A stretch of DNA of 37,863 nt from Dehalococcoidia bacterium (GTDB lineage: Bacteria > Chloroflexota > Dehalococcoidia > Dehalococcoidales > Fen-1064). Within the stretch, counting starts at the first letter, position 1. Each line of letters begins with the position of its first letter. This document shows positions 1-8,602 of this stretch, in pieces. The notes under the pieces were generated by a model that saw only the letters and a list, made by a program, of their open reading frames with translations, did no database searches and was not told where the DNA came from. Position numbers and translations under genes: made by a program. The stretch is from contig JAUYDN010000240.1 in assembly GCA_030691775.1 (NCBI GenBank), positions 1 through 37,863 on the forward strand, given 5' to 3'.

Positions 1-22
1 ACACAACGCCCCATCCCTTGGT

Positions 23-54
23 CCCTTCCCGCGGGGAAGGGAGTTGGTTTTCTT
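23..54 (+). terminator. Hairpin plus partly T-rich tail; possible intrinsic terminator of a gene lying upstream of the window
   Basis: 23-30 cccttccc pairs with 34-41 gggaaggg (3-nt loop), followed by agttggttttctt. A second 8-bp hairpin tgaggggg/ccccctca follows at 54-74. Confidence 0.3.
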
Positions 55-279
55 GAGGGGGCTGCGCCCCCTCATACCCCTGCTATCCACAAACCTTGGA
101 CCCTGAATTGGGTGAGAAGTACTTAGTGCTCTACGTAATAACTGGTAAATGACAACCGAGCACTGATAGCTGATGCTGATTACAGTCTGCTATCATCGTC
201 TTGCGCAATTCCTGAAGACAGTGGTATGCTGATTGTTATTCGTACGTGACGCATTTTTTAATAATCAGGAGGATTAATA

Positions 280-2217
280 ATGTCAGACCAGTTTAAGCTA
301 CTCTTCAGTCCCTTACAGATAGGTCCGATGACGGTACCCAACCGTATCGTTGTGCCCGGGCACTACCCCAGTTTCAATGACCCGGATGGGCTTCCGGGAG
401 ACCGTCACATCGCCTACTGGGAATCGAAGGCGAAGGGTGGAGTAGGTATGATATGCACGGGCGTCACCCCGGTACATTCGAGCGTGGGTGCAGCGGTTAT
501 GCTTTTCCCCCATGCCGTTGAAAAAATGCGGAAAGCCGCGCAGGCAATCCAGAAGCACGGCACCAAATTCCTGGTACAGCTCTGGCATGGCGGTGTATCC
601 ACTGCCAACGATACGGCCGGCAGGCAAGCATGGGCGCCTTCAGCCATTTCCCGCGGCGCCGGAATGGTCGCCCACGAGATGACCAGGGACGAGATACAGG
701 ATGTTATCCGCGGATTTGCGATGAGTGCCGCCGCCTGTAAAAAAGCCGGTTGTGACGGCATCGAACTGCATGGCGCTCATAATTACCTCATCTGCCAGTT
801 TATGTCTCCCCTCTCCAATCACCGTACCGATGAGTACGGAGGTTCGCTGGAAAAACGCATGCACTTCCCGCTGGAGCTTATCGAAGCCGTGCGGAATGCC
901 GTGGGTAAGGACTTCGTAGTCGGCATCCGGTTTAACGGCGATGAATTCCAGCCGGGCGGCTACACCATCGAAGATATGAAAATCATGGCAAAGATGATGG
1001 CGAATACCGGGAAACTCGATTACCTCAATGTAAGCACCGGTTACCTGCTGACTATCGCCCCGATGTATTTCCCGCCCGGACACTCGGTCTACCTGGCGGC
1101 GCAGATTAAGGAGGTGGTCGATATACCGGTGTGCTGTATCGGCCGTATCAACGACCCCGTCCAGGCGGAAAAAATCCTGGAAAGTCATCAGGCGGACCTC
1201 GTCGCTATGAACCGCGCTACGATATGCGACCCGGAACTGCCCAGGAAAGCGAAAGAGGGCAGACTGGAAGAAATCCGCAAGTGCCTGGCGTGCTCCGAGG
1301 GTTGCTGGCAGAGGGTCAGTTCCCAGCACACACTCGGCGCTACCTGTGCCTATAACCCCGTTGTCGGTAAGGAAAATATTCCCGGCTGGCTCGACCTGAT
1401 ACCTACACCCAATCCCAAAAAAGTGATGGTAATTGGCGGAGGACCGGCGGGAATGGAAGCCGCCAGAGTCGCTGCGTCCCGGGGTCACAAGGTCTCGCTG
1501 TGGGAGAAAGGTCCAGAACTGGGCGGACTTTTACTGACCGCCGCCAAAGCACCGGGTCGAAGTGACCTGCTGGAAGTACCCCGCTACCAGAAACACCAGA
1601 TGAAAATCCTCAACGTGGATGTGCATCTCGATACCGAAGTCACGCCGGAAATGGTGCTGGAACAGAAACCGAATGTCGTCATCGTGGCGACGGGTTCTTT
1701 CCCCCGAAAGCCTTTCGATATCATCGGTACCGACCAGCCTAATGTCGTCGATGTAAGAGACGTCCTCAACGAAACGGTGGAAGTCGGACAAAACGTGCTC
1801 ATCGTCGATTCACAGCGCTTTCTGCACGGTCTGACGGTAGCGGATTTCCTGGCGGAAAAAGGCAAGACCGTAGAAGTGATTTTCTCCGACCTGGAACCCG
1901 CTTCCGACGCGGAAAACATCACCAAAATGGCATTGCTCCAGCGACTTTATAATGCCGGCGTCAAACTCACTCCCAGCACCCGCCTCAAGAGAATAGAAGG
2001 CAATACCGTGACCGTCGCGCTAGTCTACACGGAAGCGGAGCGCATCATCGAAAACGTGGATACGATAGTGCTTTCTTTTGGCGGCGTTGAAAACAATAAG
2101 CTCTACTACGCTCTACGCGGCAAAGTCCCTGAGTTGTACTCTATCGGCGATTGTAAAGGTGTCAGAAAACTGCTCTGGGCGTCCAGCGATGGCGCTACAA
2201 TCGGGCGGATGATTTAG
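280..2217 (+). CDS. NADH:flavin oxidoreductase of the 2,4-dienoyl-CoA reductase type (OYE-like FMN barrel + Fe-S Cys cluster + FAD/NAD(P) Rossmann domain)
   Basis: 645-aa ORF with HGAHNYLICQF (OYE active-site region), a CLACSEGCWQ...C cysteine cluster and the VMVIGGGPAGMEAA dinucleotide fold. AGGAGG lies 7 nt upstream of ATG 280. Confidence 0.85.
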   Translation: MSDQFKLLFSPLQIGPMTVPNRIVVPGHYPSFNDPDGLPGDRHIAYWESKAKGGVGMICTGVTPVHSSVGAAVMLFPHAVEKMRKAAQAIQKHGTKFLVQLWHGGVSTANDTAGRQAWAPSAISRGAGMVAHEMTRDEIQDVIRGFAMSAAACKKAGCDGIELHGAHNYLICQFMSPLSNHRTDEYGGSLEKRMHFPLELIEAVRNAVGKDFVVGIRFNGDEFQPGGYTIEDMKIMAKMMANTGKLDYLNVSTGYLLTIAPMYFPPGHSVYLAAQIKEVVDIPVCCIGRINDPVQAEKILESHQADLVAMNRATICDPELPRKAKEGRLEEIRKCLACSEGCWQRVSSQHTLGATCAYNPVVGKENIPGWLDLIPTPNPKKVMVIGGGPAGMEAARVAASRGHKVSLWEKGPELGGLLLTAAKAPGRSDLLEVPRYQKHQMKILNVDVHLDTEVTPEMVLEQKPNVVIVATGSFPRKPFDIIGTDQPNVVDVRDVLNETVEVGQNVLIVDSQRFLHGLTVADFLAEKGKTVEVIFSDLEPASDAENITKMALLQRLYNAGVKLTPSTRLKRIEGNTVTVALVYTEAERIIENVDTIVLSFGGVENNKLYYALRGKVPELYSIGDCKGVRKLLWASSDGATIGRMI

Positions 2218-2233
2218 CGCAGGGGTTAATAGA

Positions 2234-2282
2234 AATCAGCGCTCAGCCGTCAACTTATCCTGACTACTGATAGCTTCTTCAT
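2234..2282. repeat. Degenerate heptanucleotide tandem array
   Basis: Reads in register as AATCAGC GCTCAGC CGTCAAC TTATCCT GACTACT GATAGCT TCTTCAT. Confidence 0.45.
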
Positions 2283-2392
2283 CAGGGGTTCAATATCATT
2301 GCTGTCCAGGATAATTTGATTTGAGGGTTTTGGACGGGTTTTGCGGGTTTGAGAGATGGCTGATGGTAAGATTTTCTCTTCCCACCCCACTT

Positions 2393-2419
2393 GTCATTCC
2401 CGCCTCCGAGCGGGAATCC
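2393..2419 (+). repeat. GTCATTCCCG...CGGGAATC hairpin element (family copy 1)
   Basis: gtcattcccgc-ctccga-gcgggaatcc with a 7-bp stem ttcccgc/gcgggaa. It is nested in an outer cccacccc...ggtgggtgg inverted pair. A TCCCGAT-gta-ATCGGGA hairpin follows at 2461-2477. Confidence 0.5.
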
Positions 2420-2620
2420 AGTAGCGAATGCCGTCCGAAACGATACAAGGGTGGGTGGAGTCCCGATGTAATCGGGATAACCTGATTTGGGAATTCGCTT
2501 TGAAACGTGATAACAGACAAGTGATTTATCCCGGCCGTGTCGGGACGAAACCCACCCTTACTTAAAACCTATTTTGGACAAGATTGACTAAAAATCCAAT
2601 ATTCGTGATTAAGAAAGAAG

Positions 2621-3136
2621 ATGTCCCATACTATCCACATAAGGAAAGCACAACCCGAAGATATTCCCGCCATTACCGAAATCTATAACGAAGCTATCCT
2701 GACGACGGATGCTACCTTTGACACGCAGGTCAAAACCACCGCTGAGCAGAAAGCCTGGTTCGACGACCACGGCGAGAAGAACCCCATCCTGGTAGCAGTA
2801 GTCGATGGCTCGGTGCAGGGCTGGGCATCCCTGAGTAAATGGTCCACCCGTTGTGCTTACACAAATACCGCCGAGATTTCTGTCTATGTGAAACAGGAGT
2901 ACCGCGGTCGCGACATCGGCAAGCGGTTGATGAATGAAATCCTGGCACGGGGAGAAAGACTGGGTCTTCATACCGTCCTCTCCCGTATTACCAGCGGAAA
3001 TGCCATCAGCATCCGCCTGCACGAAAAGCTCGGGTTCGAGCACATCGGCGTGATGAAAGAAGTGGGAGTAAAATTCGATAAATTGCTGGATGTGGTGATG
3101 ATGCAAAAAATATACAGGAGGAAGATTAACGAATGA
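2621..3136 (+). CDS. GNAT N-acetyltransferase, phosphinothricin/methionine-sulfoximine acetyltransferase-like
   Basis: 171 aa. The pattern IYNEAI...ATFDT...WF...CAYTNTAEISVYV...GIG..L...SIRLHEKLGFEHIGVMKEVGVKFDKLLDVVMMQ is typical of the PAT subfamily. Its stop overlaps the next gene's start (ATGA). Confidence 0.8.
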   Translation: MSHTIHIRKAQPEDIPAITEIYNEAILTTDATFDTQVKTTAEQKAWFDDHGEKNPILVAVVDGSVQGWASLSKWSTRCAYTNTAEISVYVKQEYRGRDIGKRLMNEILARGERLGLHTVLSRITSGNAISIRLHEKLGFEHIGVMKEVGVKFDKLLDVVMMQKIYRRKINE

Positions 3137-4005
3137 GGATACCCAGTTTATCACTTGCAGGACAGACGGCACTGGTCACAGGAGGCCGGCGCGGTATCGG
3201 TAAAGACACGGCGCTGGTACTGGCGGAAGCAGGCGCGGATGTAGCTGTCTGCGACCTGGTAACAGAGACCGGTGAGTTGAGCGGCGTCGCCGAAGAAATC
3301 AAACAGTTGGGGCGCCATTCACTGGCTTGCCAGGTTGATGTCAAAAACCGGCAGAGCGTCGCTGAAATGATGAAAAAGGTCGTCGACACCTTCGGCAAAA
3401 TAGATATCCTGGTGAATAATGCCGGTATCGGCAGTCCGGAAGGACCCACGGACCCGGAGAGATGGGCTGAGCGTGAAAAGCAAATGATGGAAAGAATGGC
3501 GCTCAGGATGGATAAACCCATGGTGAGCCTGTTTAACGAAGAAGGCTGGGATGCCGTCTTGAGTACCAATCTCAGGAGCGTTATCCTCTGTTCACAGGCG
3601 GTCTGCGACACGATGATAAAGAACGGGCGCGGGGCGATTGTGAATGTCGCTTCCGTGATGGCGTATTCACGCGGCGGCAGTGCTTTCTCCCCGTATAGCA
3701 TTTCCAAGCGGGGTATTGTCATGGTTACGGAAGGGCTGGCGGTCGACCTTGCCAGGTATAATATCCGGGTCAACGCCATCGCGCCTGGGGCAATCGAGAC
3801 AGAAATGATGCGTTATGTATGGCACTACCCTGAACGGCTAAAAATGCTGGAATCCAGGGTTCTTCTCGGGGGTAAACTGCTCAAGCCCCTCGACTGCGCT
3901 CACCTGATTCTGTTCCTGGTCTCTGACCTTGCTAAGTATATTACCGGGCAGACGGTCGTGGTTGACGGCGGGCTTACCCTGGCACCCGGCGGTATGACAG
4001 GTTAA
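3133..4005 (+). CDS. Short-chain dehydrogenase/reductase (SDR) family oxidoreductase
   Basis: TGGRRGIG cofactor motif, NNAG, and catalytic S...YSISK (YxxxK). Carries an extra ~25-aa segment (PEGPTDPERWAEREKQMMERMALRMDKPMVS) after NNAG. Confidence 0.85.
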   Translation: MRIPSLSLAGQTALVTGGRRGIGKDTALVLAEAGADVAVCDLVTETGELSGVAEEIKQLGRHSLACQVDVKNRQSVAEMMKKVVDTFGKIDILVNNAGIGSPEGPTDPERWAEREKQMMERMALRMDKPMVSLFNEEGWDAVLSTNLRSVILCSQAVCDTMIKNGRGAIVNVASVMAYSRGGSAFSPYSISKRGIVMVTEGLAVDLARYNIRVNAIAPGAIETEMMRYVWHYPERLKMLESRVLLGGKLLKPLDCAHLILFLVSDLAKYITGQTVVVDGGLTLAPGGMTG

Positions 4006-4045
4006 AGTTATTCACGGTAACCAGACCAATATGAGGAACACGGTT

Positions 4046-4726
4046 TTATCCGCTAACTGGCGTATCGGTGTCTTTATGTAAAGATATTTCGTATTTTGCT
4101 ATTTTATCCAGCAACCAGTCTCTTAACTGTATGAGTAACTCACCGTGTGCTTCCCGCAGGAAGTGTCCGTTGTCTTTAAGAATGTATAGCTCCTTCGGCT
4201 CATTAGCCCATTTATAGATGAGACTGGAACACTCGGCCGACAGATTGCGGTCACGCTCCCCATGGATAAGCAAGAGCGGTCGCGGTGATAATATGGCGAC
4301 GTTCTGAGCGCCATAAGTCTGGCTGGAGAGTCCAACTACCGCTTTGACGTTTTGACTCATTGTTCCTGCCTGTATCGCCACCGCCCCACCAAAAGAGTGT
4401 CCCACCAGCGCCACGTTGTTGACTCCCCTCTCCCGGAGAAAATCTATACCCGCAAGCACATCTTGAACACAGTCCTCGAAGTTTCCCGGATGACGGTAGT
4501 GCAAGCGAAGGGAGCTGAACCCGTCCGCAACCATCTGTTGGCTCAAAATCCGGAAAATGCCGAAAGAAGGCCCGTCCAATCCACCCAGCGCGCCGCATAA
4601 CCAGATGATGCCCTTATCTCTCCCGGCGCTGTGGAAAATACATTCGATATCACCGTCAGGCAGTGAGATTATCACCTTTTCCCGGCTACCCTCAAGTTTT
4701 TCGATATGGACAGTTGCCTGTTTCAT
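4046..4726 (-). CDS. Alpha/beta hydrolase (dienelactone-hydrolase-like)
   Basis: 226 aa with the GHSFGG nucleophile elbow and later D and H (NGHF). Its start overlaps the stop of the upstream MFS gene by 4 nt. Confidence 0.75.
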   Translation of the reverse strand: MKQATVHIEKLEGSREKVIISLPDGDIECIFHSAGRDKGIIWLCGALGGLDGPSFGIFRILSQQMVADGFSSLRLHYRHPGNFEDCVQDVLAGIDFLRERGVNNVALVGHSFGGAVAIQAGTMSQNVKAVVGLSSQTYGAQNVAILSPRPLLLIHGERDRNLSAECSSLIYKWANEPKELYILKDNGHFLREAHGELLIQLRDWLLDKIAKYEISLHKDTDTPVSG

Positions 4727-6180
4727 TTTTCGGTGCTCGTTACGGGTTGATTAATCGATTGCGGTAATGCCTTACCGCGTAACATCGACGTAAAAATAGC
4801 GGCCACACAGACGATTGCGGCGATTACCAGAGTGTCCTGGTAGCTGGCTATGAGCGCCAGACGATTGGTCGGAATGGATGCCTGACTCGTTTGAGGAAGT
4901 GACGCAAGATAGACAACCTGGCGGCTGGTGAAAATTGCGCCGGCAATCGCTGTCCCGCTGGAAATACCGATTTGCCTCATCGTGGCAATCATCGCCGAAC
5001 CGGTGCTCAGTCTGTCTACAGGTATAACTCCCATAATCGAACTATTGTTAGGGGAGGAAAAGAGACCGGTGCCGATACCCACCATCATGAGCCGCGGGAT
5101 GATACCGGTGATGCTCGCACCTGCTCCCAGCCGGCTTAACCAGAATAATCCACCGGCTATCAACGCGATACCGGACGTACATAAGAGACGGTAGCCAATT
5201 TTGTCTGAAAGCCAGCCGCTGACCGGTCCAATAATCAGCGCGGACATCGAAACCACAGCGAAAAGCATCCCTGCCTGTGAAGCCGGCAGCGCCAGTCCTT
5301 CGATGAGATAAAACGGCATAAGAAAAGTGTTGGCGGTAAGGCCGATAAACATTATGACAAGCGACACGTTTCCAGCGGCAAATAGCCGGTTACGGAACAG
5401 GTTAAGGTCCAGGATAGGAAACTTTACCCGCTTTTCCAGGATAATAAACGAACCAATCAATATCACTGCTCCGGCCGCAAGGGATAGTACCGGAGCGGTA
5501 CCAAAACCGTTCTTCCCACCGATGTTGAAGAAGAGCAAGAAACAAGCGAGCGCGCCGGAGAGCGTAAGTGCCCCTGCCCAATCGAACCGGAAGCCGGCTA
5601 ACGTGGCTTTTTGCTCCCTGAGAAGTATTGCCGCCATCACCAGCCCTGCTATGCTCACCGGAATACGGACATAGAAAATGGATTGCCAGTCCAGCAAATC
5701 CACCAGCAGTCCGCCGAGCACAGGACCGGATAGAAGTCCTGCGGACACCACGGCTCCAAGGATACCAAGCGCTTTGCCCCGTTCATGGCTCGGAAATGCG
5801 CCGGTCACAATCGCCGTGCTCAAAGAGACCACCATCGCCGAGCCTACCGCCTGGACGACACGCGCCAGGATAAGCTGGACGATGCTCTGGGAAAGGGAGC
5901 AAAGGGTCAACCCAACTGTAAATACCGCAAACCCGATGACGTAGTTACGCTTCCTGCCCAGCATATCGCCGAGTTTACCGAAACTGAACATCAGGCTCAC
6001 ACTGATGAGTAAATAAATAACCGAAACCCATAGTACCGTTGAAGCATCCGTCTGAAAAACCTTCGCCAGCCTCGGTAATGATATGTTAACGATACTCGCA
6101 TCCAGCGTGCCCATATAGGTGCCGATGGAAACGGTGATGAGAGCCAGCCATTTATAAGGGATGCCTTTTTTCTCTGCCAC
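4723..6180 (-). CDS. MFS transporter, DHA2/EmrB-like (14-TMS type)
   Basis: Long hydrophobic ORF containing LDASIVNISLPRL and GKLGDMLGRKR motifs. I prefer GTG 6180, which is preceded by AGGAGG (6185-6190). Alternative starts are ATG 6207 and TTG 6240 (the ORF-track start). Confidence 0.8.
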   Translation of the reverse strand: MAEKKGIPYKWLALITVSIGTYMGTLDASIVNISLPRLAKVFQTDASTVLWVSVIYLLISVSLMFSFGKLGDMLGRKRNYVIGFAVFTVGLTLCSLSQSIVQLILARVVQAVGSAMVVSLSTAIVTGAFPSHERGKALGILGAVVSAGLLSGPVLGGLLVDLLDWQSIFYVRIPVSIAGLVMAAILLREQKATLAGFRFDWAGALTLSGALACFLLFFNIGGKNGFGTAPVLSLAAGAVILIGSFIILEKRVKFPILDLNLFRNRLFAAGNVSLVIMFIGLTANTFLMPFYLIEGLALPASQAGMLFAVVSMSALIIGPVSGWLSDKIGYRLLCTSGIALIAGGLFWLSRLGAGASITGIIPRLMMVGIGTGLFSSPNNSSIMGVIPVDRLSTGSAMIATMRQIGISSGTAIAGAIFTSRQVVYLASLPQTSQASIPTNRLALIASYQDTLVIAAIVCVAAIFTSMLRGKALPQSINQPVTSTEK

Positions 6181-6263
6181 CAGTCCTCCTGGACAGAAAA
6201 TACTCATTTTACTGTGCTTTACCAGCAGAAACTTTGTCAAGTTTATTTGTTTTTTCCGTTTTG

Positions 6264-6272
6264 TGCTATAAT
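6264..6272 (+). promoter_or_regulatory. Possible extended -10 promoter (TGcTATAAT) for the hotdog-dehydratase pair
   Basis: tgctataat at 6264-6272, about 40 nt upstream of AAAGGAGG and ATG 6311. No good -35 is present. Confidence 0.3.
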
Positions 6273-6310
6273 GTCAACGAAATTTACGCTAATCCAAAAA
6301 GGAGGAGATT

Positions 6311-6781
6311 ATGACGCAGGGTTCAGTCATTACCGACGAGATGCGAAAAGCCATCGGAGTCGAATCCGAACCGACTATCTTACAGATTGAAAAGGAACCT
6401 ATCCGTCGGTTCGCGGAAGCCATCGGCGACCCCAACCCGGTTTATCACGACGAGGAGTATGCTAAAAAACTCGGTTACCGGAGCGTTATCGCCCCGCCCG
6501 GCTTCCATCCCCAGTACTCTTTTCCGCTGAAAAAACCCTCCAGACCAGCGGGCCCGCGTTTCCGCTCACCATTCACGAGAATGCTTAACGGCGGTAACGA
6601 ATATGAATTTTCACAGCCTATCCAGGCGGGTGATATTCTCAGCATGACCAGCCGGCTCGCGGATATCTATGAGAGACCGGGCAGAATGGGGCCGATGCTG
6701 TTCACTATCAGCGAGGAAATTTTCCGCAACCAGAAGGGTGAAACCGTGCTCATCATGCGGCACACGGGTATCAGCTATTAA
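6311..6781 (+). CDS. MaoC-family hotdog protein, N-terminal-half type (FAS1-like dehydratase subunit)
   Basis: 156 aa with the FAEAIGDPNPVYHDEEYA hydratase-2-like motif, a strong SD (AAAGGAGG), and pairing with the next gene. Confidence 0.7.
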   Translation: MTQGSVITDEMRKAIGVESEPTILQIEKEPIRRFAEAIGDPNPVYHDEEYAKKLGYRSVIAPPGFHPQYSFPLKKPSRPAGPRFRSPFTRMLNGGNEYEFSQPIQAGDILSMTSRLADIYERPGRMGPMLFTISEEIFRNQKGETVLIMRHTGISY

Positions 6782-6803
6782 AAGAGGATATAAGGAGAAT
6801 AGA

Positions 6804-7235
6804 ATGGCTAATCAGCTTTTCTGGGAAGATATTGAAGCAGGCGCGAGCGTTCCACCACTGGTGAAGAAACCGACGCCACGACAACTTGTACAGTGGGCGG
6901 CTGCCTCCGGTGATTATTACGAGATTCATTACGATAAAGATTATGCCCTGAGCAACCGCCTGCCGGGTATCATCGTTCACGGCGCGCTCAAAGGCTCCTG
7001 GCTGGGAGAATTGCTCTCGAACTGGGTAGGTGATAAGGGCAAGATTAAGAAATACGGTTGTTCTTACCGCGGCATGGACATCCCCGGCGATACTCTGACC
7101 TGTAAAGGCACCGTCACCAAGAAATATACCGATGGCGCAGACCATGTCGTCGAGGCGGAAATCTGGCTGGAGAACGGTAAGGGGGAGAAGACCACCCCGG
7201 GCACGGCAGTGGTAGTTTTCCCATCGAAAAAATAG
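6804..7235 (+). CDS. MaoC-like (R)-specific enoyl-CoA hydratase/dehydratase hotdog subunit
   Basis: The ORF-track ORF 6669-7235 overlaps the upstream gene. ATG 6804 is preceded by AAGGAG (6792-6797). Motifs: WAAASGDYYEIHYDKDYA and GIIVHG. Confidence 0.75.
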   Translation: MANQLFWEDIEAGASVPPLVKKPTPRQLVQWAAASGDYYEIHYDKDYALSNRLPGIIVHGALKGSWLGELLSNWVGDKGKIKKYGCSYRGMDIPGDTLTCKGTVTKKYTDGADHVVEAEIWLENGKGEKTTPGTAVVVFPSKK

Positions 7236-7280
7236 AGTTTCCTCTCTCCCTTGAGGGGTCTTGCCTCAAAAGTCGAGTGA

Positions 7281-7385
7281 CCCTGTCACCCTGACCCCGA
7301 TGAAAATCGGGGGAAGGGTCTCCCTGCCTGCTGAGTAGCGTCGGAGATTCTTCGTTCGCCCGACTCCGTCGGACTCCTCAGAATC
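7281..7385 (-). repeat. Composite intergenic repeat (GTCATTCTGAG / GAAGAATCTC family), copy left of plsY
   Basis: Aligns over about 105 nt with the reverse complement of 8471-8586. The shared string is ...tcgggggaagggtctcc.tgcct.ctgagtag...ggagattcttcgtt. Confidence 0.6.
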
Positions 7386-7440
7386 TCGTATGTCTCGTGC
7401 CAAAGAACACCACGAAGTATGAAAAACCCTGCCTTTCTTT

Positions 7441-7490
7441 GTCATTCCCGCCCCCGTATCCAGTACGGGGCAAGCTCCGAGCGGGAATCC
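7441..7490 (+). repeat. GTCATTCCCG...CGGGAATC hairpin element (family copy 2)
   Basis: gtcattcccgc + ccccgta-tccag-tacgggg hairpin + ...gagcgggaatcc, preceded by CACCACGAAGTATGAAAAA (7408-7426). Its translation gives the VIPAKAGIQ-type pseudo-peptide seen in ORF 7266-7688. Confidence 0.5.
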
Positions 7491-7688
7491 AGGCGCATTC
7501 CCCACCCTCTGGATACCAGCCTTCGCTGGTATGACATTTGGGGGAGCTCCCTTTTTTTCATAGTAATCCTCCATGCCTGTTTTACAAAGGGCACCACGAA
7601 GGATGAAATTAGCGTATTTTCGGGGTAATGACACCTGGGGCAACACCCCTTGATGAGAGAGGCAGGGGGGTGAGGGTGTTAAAGTCAA

Positions 7689-8315
7689 TCAGAACCGCTC
7701 ACTGACGTTCTTGCGCTGAAAGACGCGACGCCAGTTACCCGCCTTATCCTTCATCTCTTTGATGCGCGGGATGTAGCGGAGCAGAGGTATGACGACCATG
7801 ACCGCGGAATAAACCGCCCAATCCCAACGGTCGAACATCAGCACCGCGATAAACGGGTAACAGATAAAGGCGAGACTATAGCTGATGGTCGCCGCGCGTG
7901 TGATAGCGAAGAAGATGGCAAAAAGCCCGGCGTCGATAAAAATCGCCCACGGCTTCATCAGGTAGGCAAGCACGCCGATGGCAGTGGCGCCACCCTTTCC
8001 TCCCTTGAAACCGAGAAATACCGGGAAGCTATGTCCCAGCACCGCCACCATACCGGAAAGTAAGTAAATAATTTCATTAACGCCCAGGGTCTCCGAGAGC
8101 GCCATTGCCGCCGCTCCCTTGCCGATATCCACCAACAGCACGATAACTCCCCACCAGAACCCTACTTCGTAAAAAATGTTCATGGCGCCCATGTTGCGCG
8201 TGCCGATTTTACGGATATCCGTCTTCTTTTTAATCCGGCCGACGATATACGCAGTGGGAATACTACCCAGAAGGTAGGCACTGGCTAACGCAATGGCGAT
8301 GTTGAGCTCGTTCAT
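7689..8315 (-). CDS. plsY: Glycerol-3-phosphate acyltransferase PlsY
   Basis: 208 aa. YLLGSIPTAYIVGR, GTRNMGAMN and FKGGKGGAT are hallmark PlsY motifs in a multi-TM profile. Confidence 0.9.
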   Translation of the reverse strand: MNELNIAIALASAYLLGSIPTAYIVGRIKKKTDIRKIGTRNMGAMNIFYEVGFWWGVIVLLVDIGKGAAAMALSETLGVNEIIYLLSGMVAVLGHSFPVFLGFKGGKGGATAIGVLAYLMKPWAIFIDAGLFAIFFAITRAATISYSLAFICYPFIAVLMFDRWDWAVYSAVMVVIPLLRYIPRIKEMKDKAGNWRRVFQRKNVSERF

Positions 8316-8470
8316 ACAGTATATCCGGGAAAACGATGTTGATAGTTGAGAATAAAATATTCTGCAAATTCTGTCAATGGCATTCTTATCGGGGCATCCG
8401 CGAAACTAAAATAAACGCAGGGAAAAGTCCCTCCAGCCCCCGTTCAGGGTAAACCGGCGTTGCCTCAAAT

Positions 8471-8586
8471 GTCATTCTGAGTCCCGATGCTTCGGTACGA
8501 AGCATCGGGAGAACGAAGAATCTCCAGCACCTACTCAGTAGGCACGGAGACCCTCCCCCGACAGGTCGGGGCTCAGGTTGACAAGG
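8471..8586 (+). repeat. Composite intergenic repeat (GTCATTCTGAG / GAAGAATCTC family), copy right of plsY
   Basis: gtcattctgag + a perfect 13-bp hairpin tcccgatgcttcg-gta-cgaagcatcggga + gaacgaagaatctcc + ...ccccgac-ag-gtcgggg. It is an inverted homologue of 7281-7385. Confidence 0.6.
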
Positions 8587-8602
8587 ATACATTGGAGTTT
8601 TA

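Noticed and set aside
7266-7688. 140-aa minus-strand ORF (and similar ORFs at 2296-2520, 8386-8655, 12101-12397, 19066-19356)
   Set aside because: They are composed of the intergenic repeat elements (for example the VIPAKAGIQ peptide from GTCATTCCCG...CGGGAATC). They have no SD and consist of palindromic DNA, so I annotated them as repeats instead.
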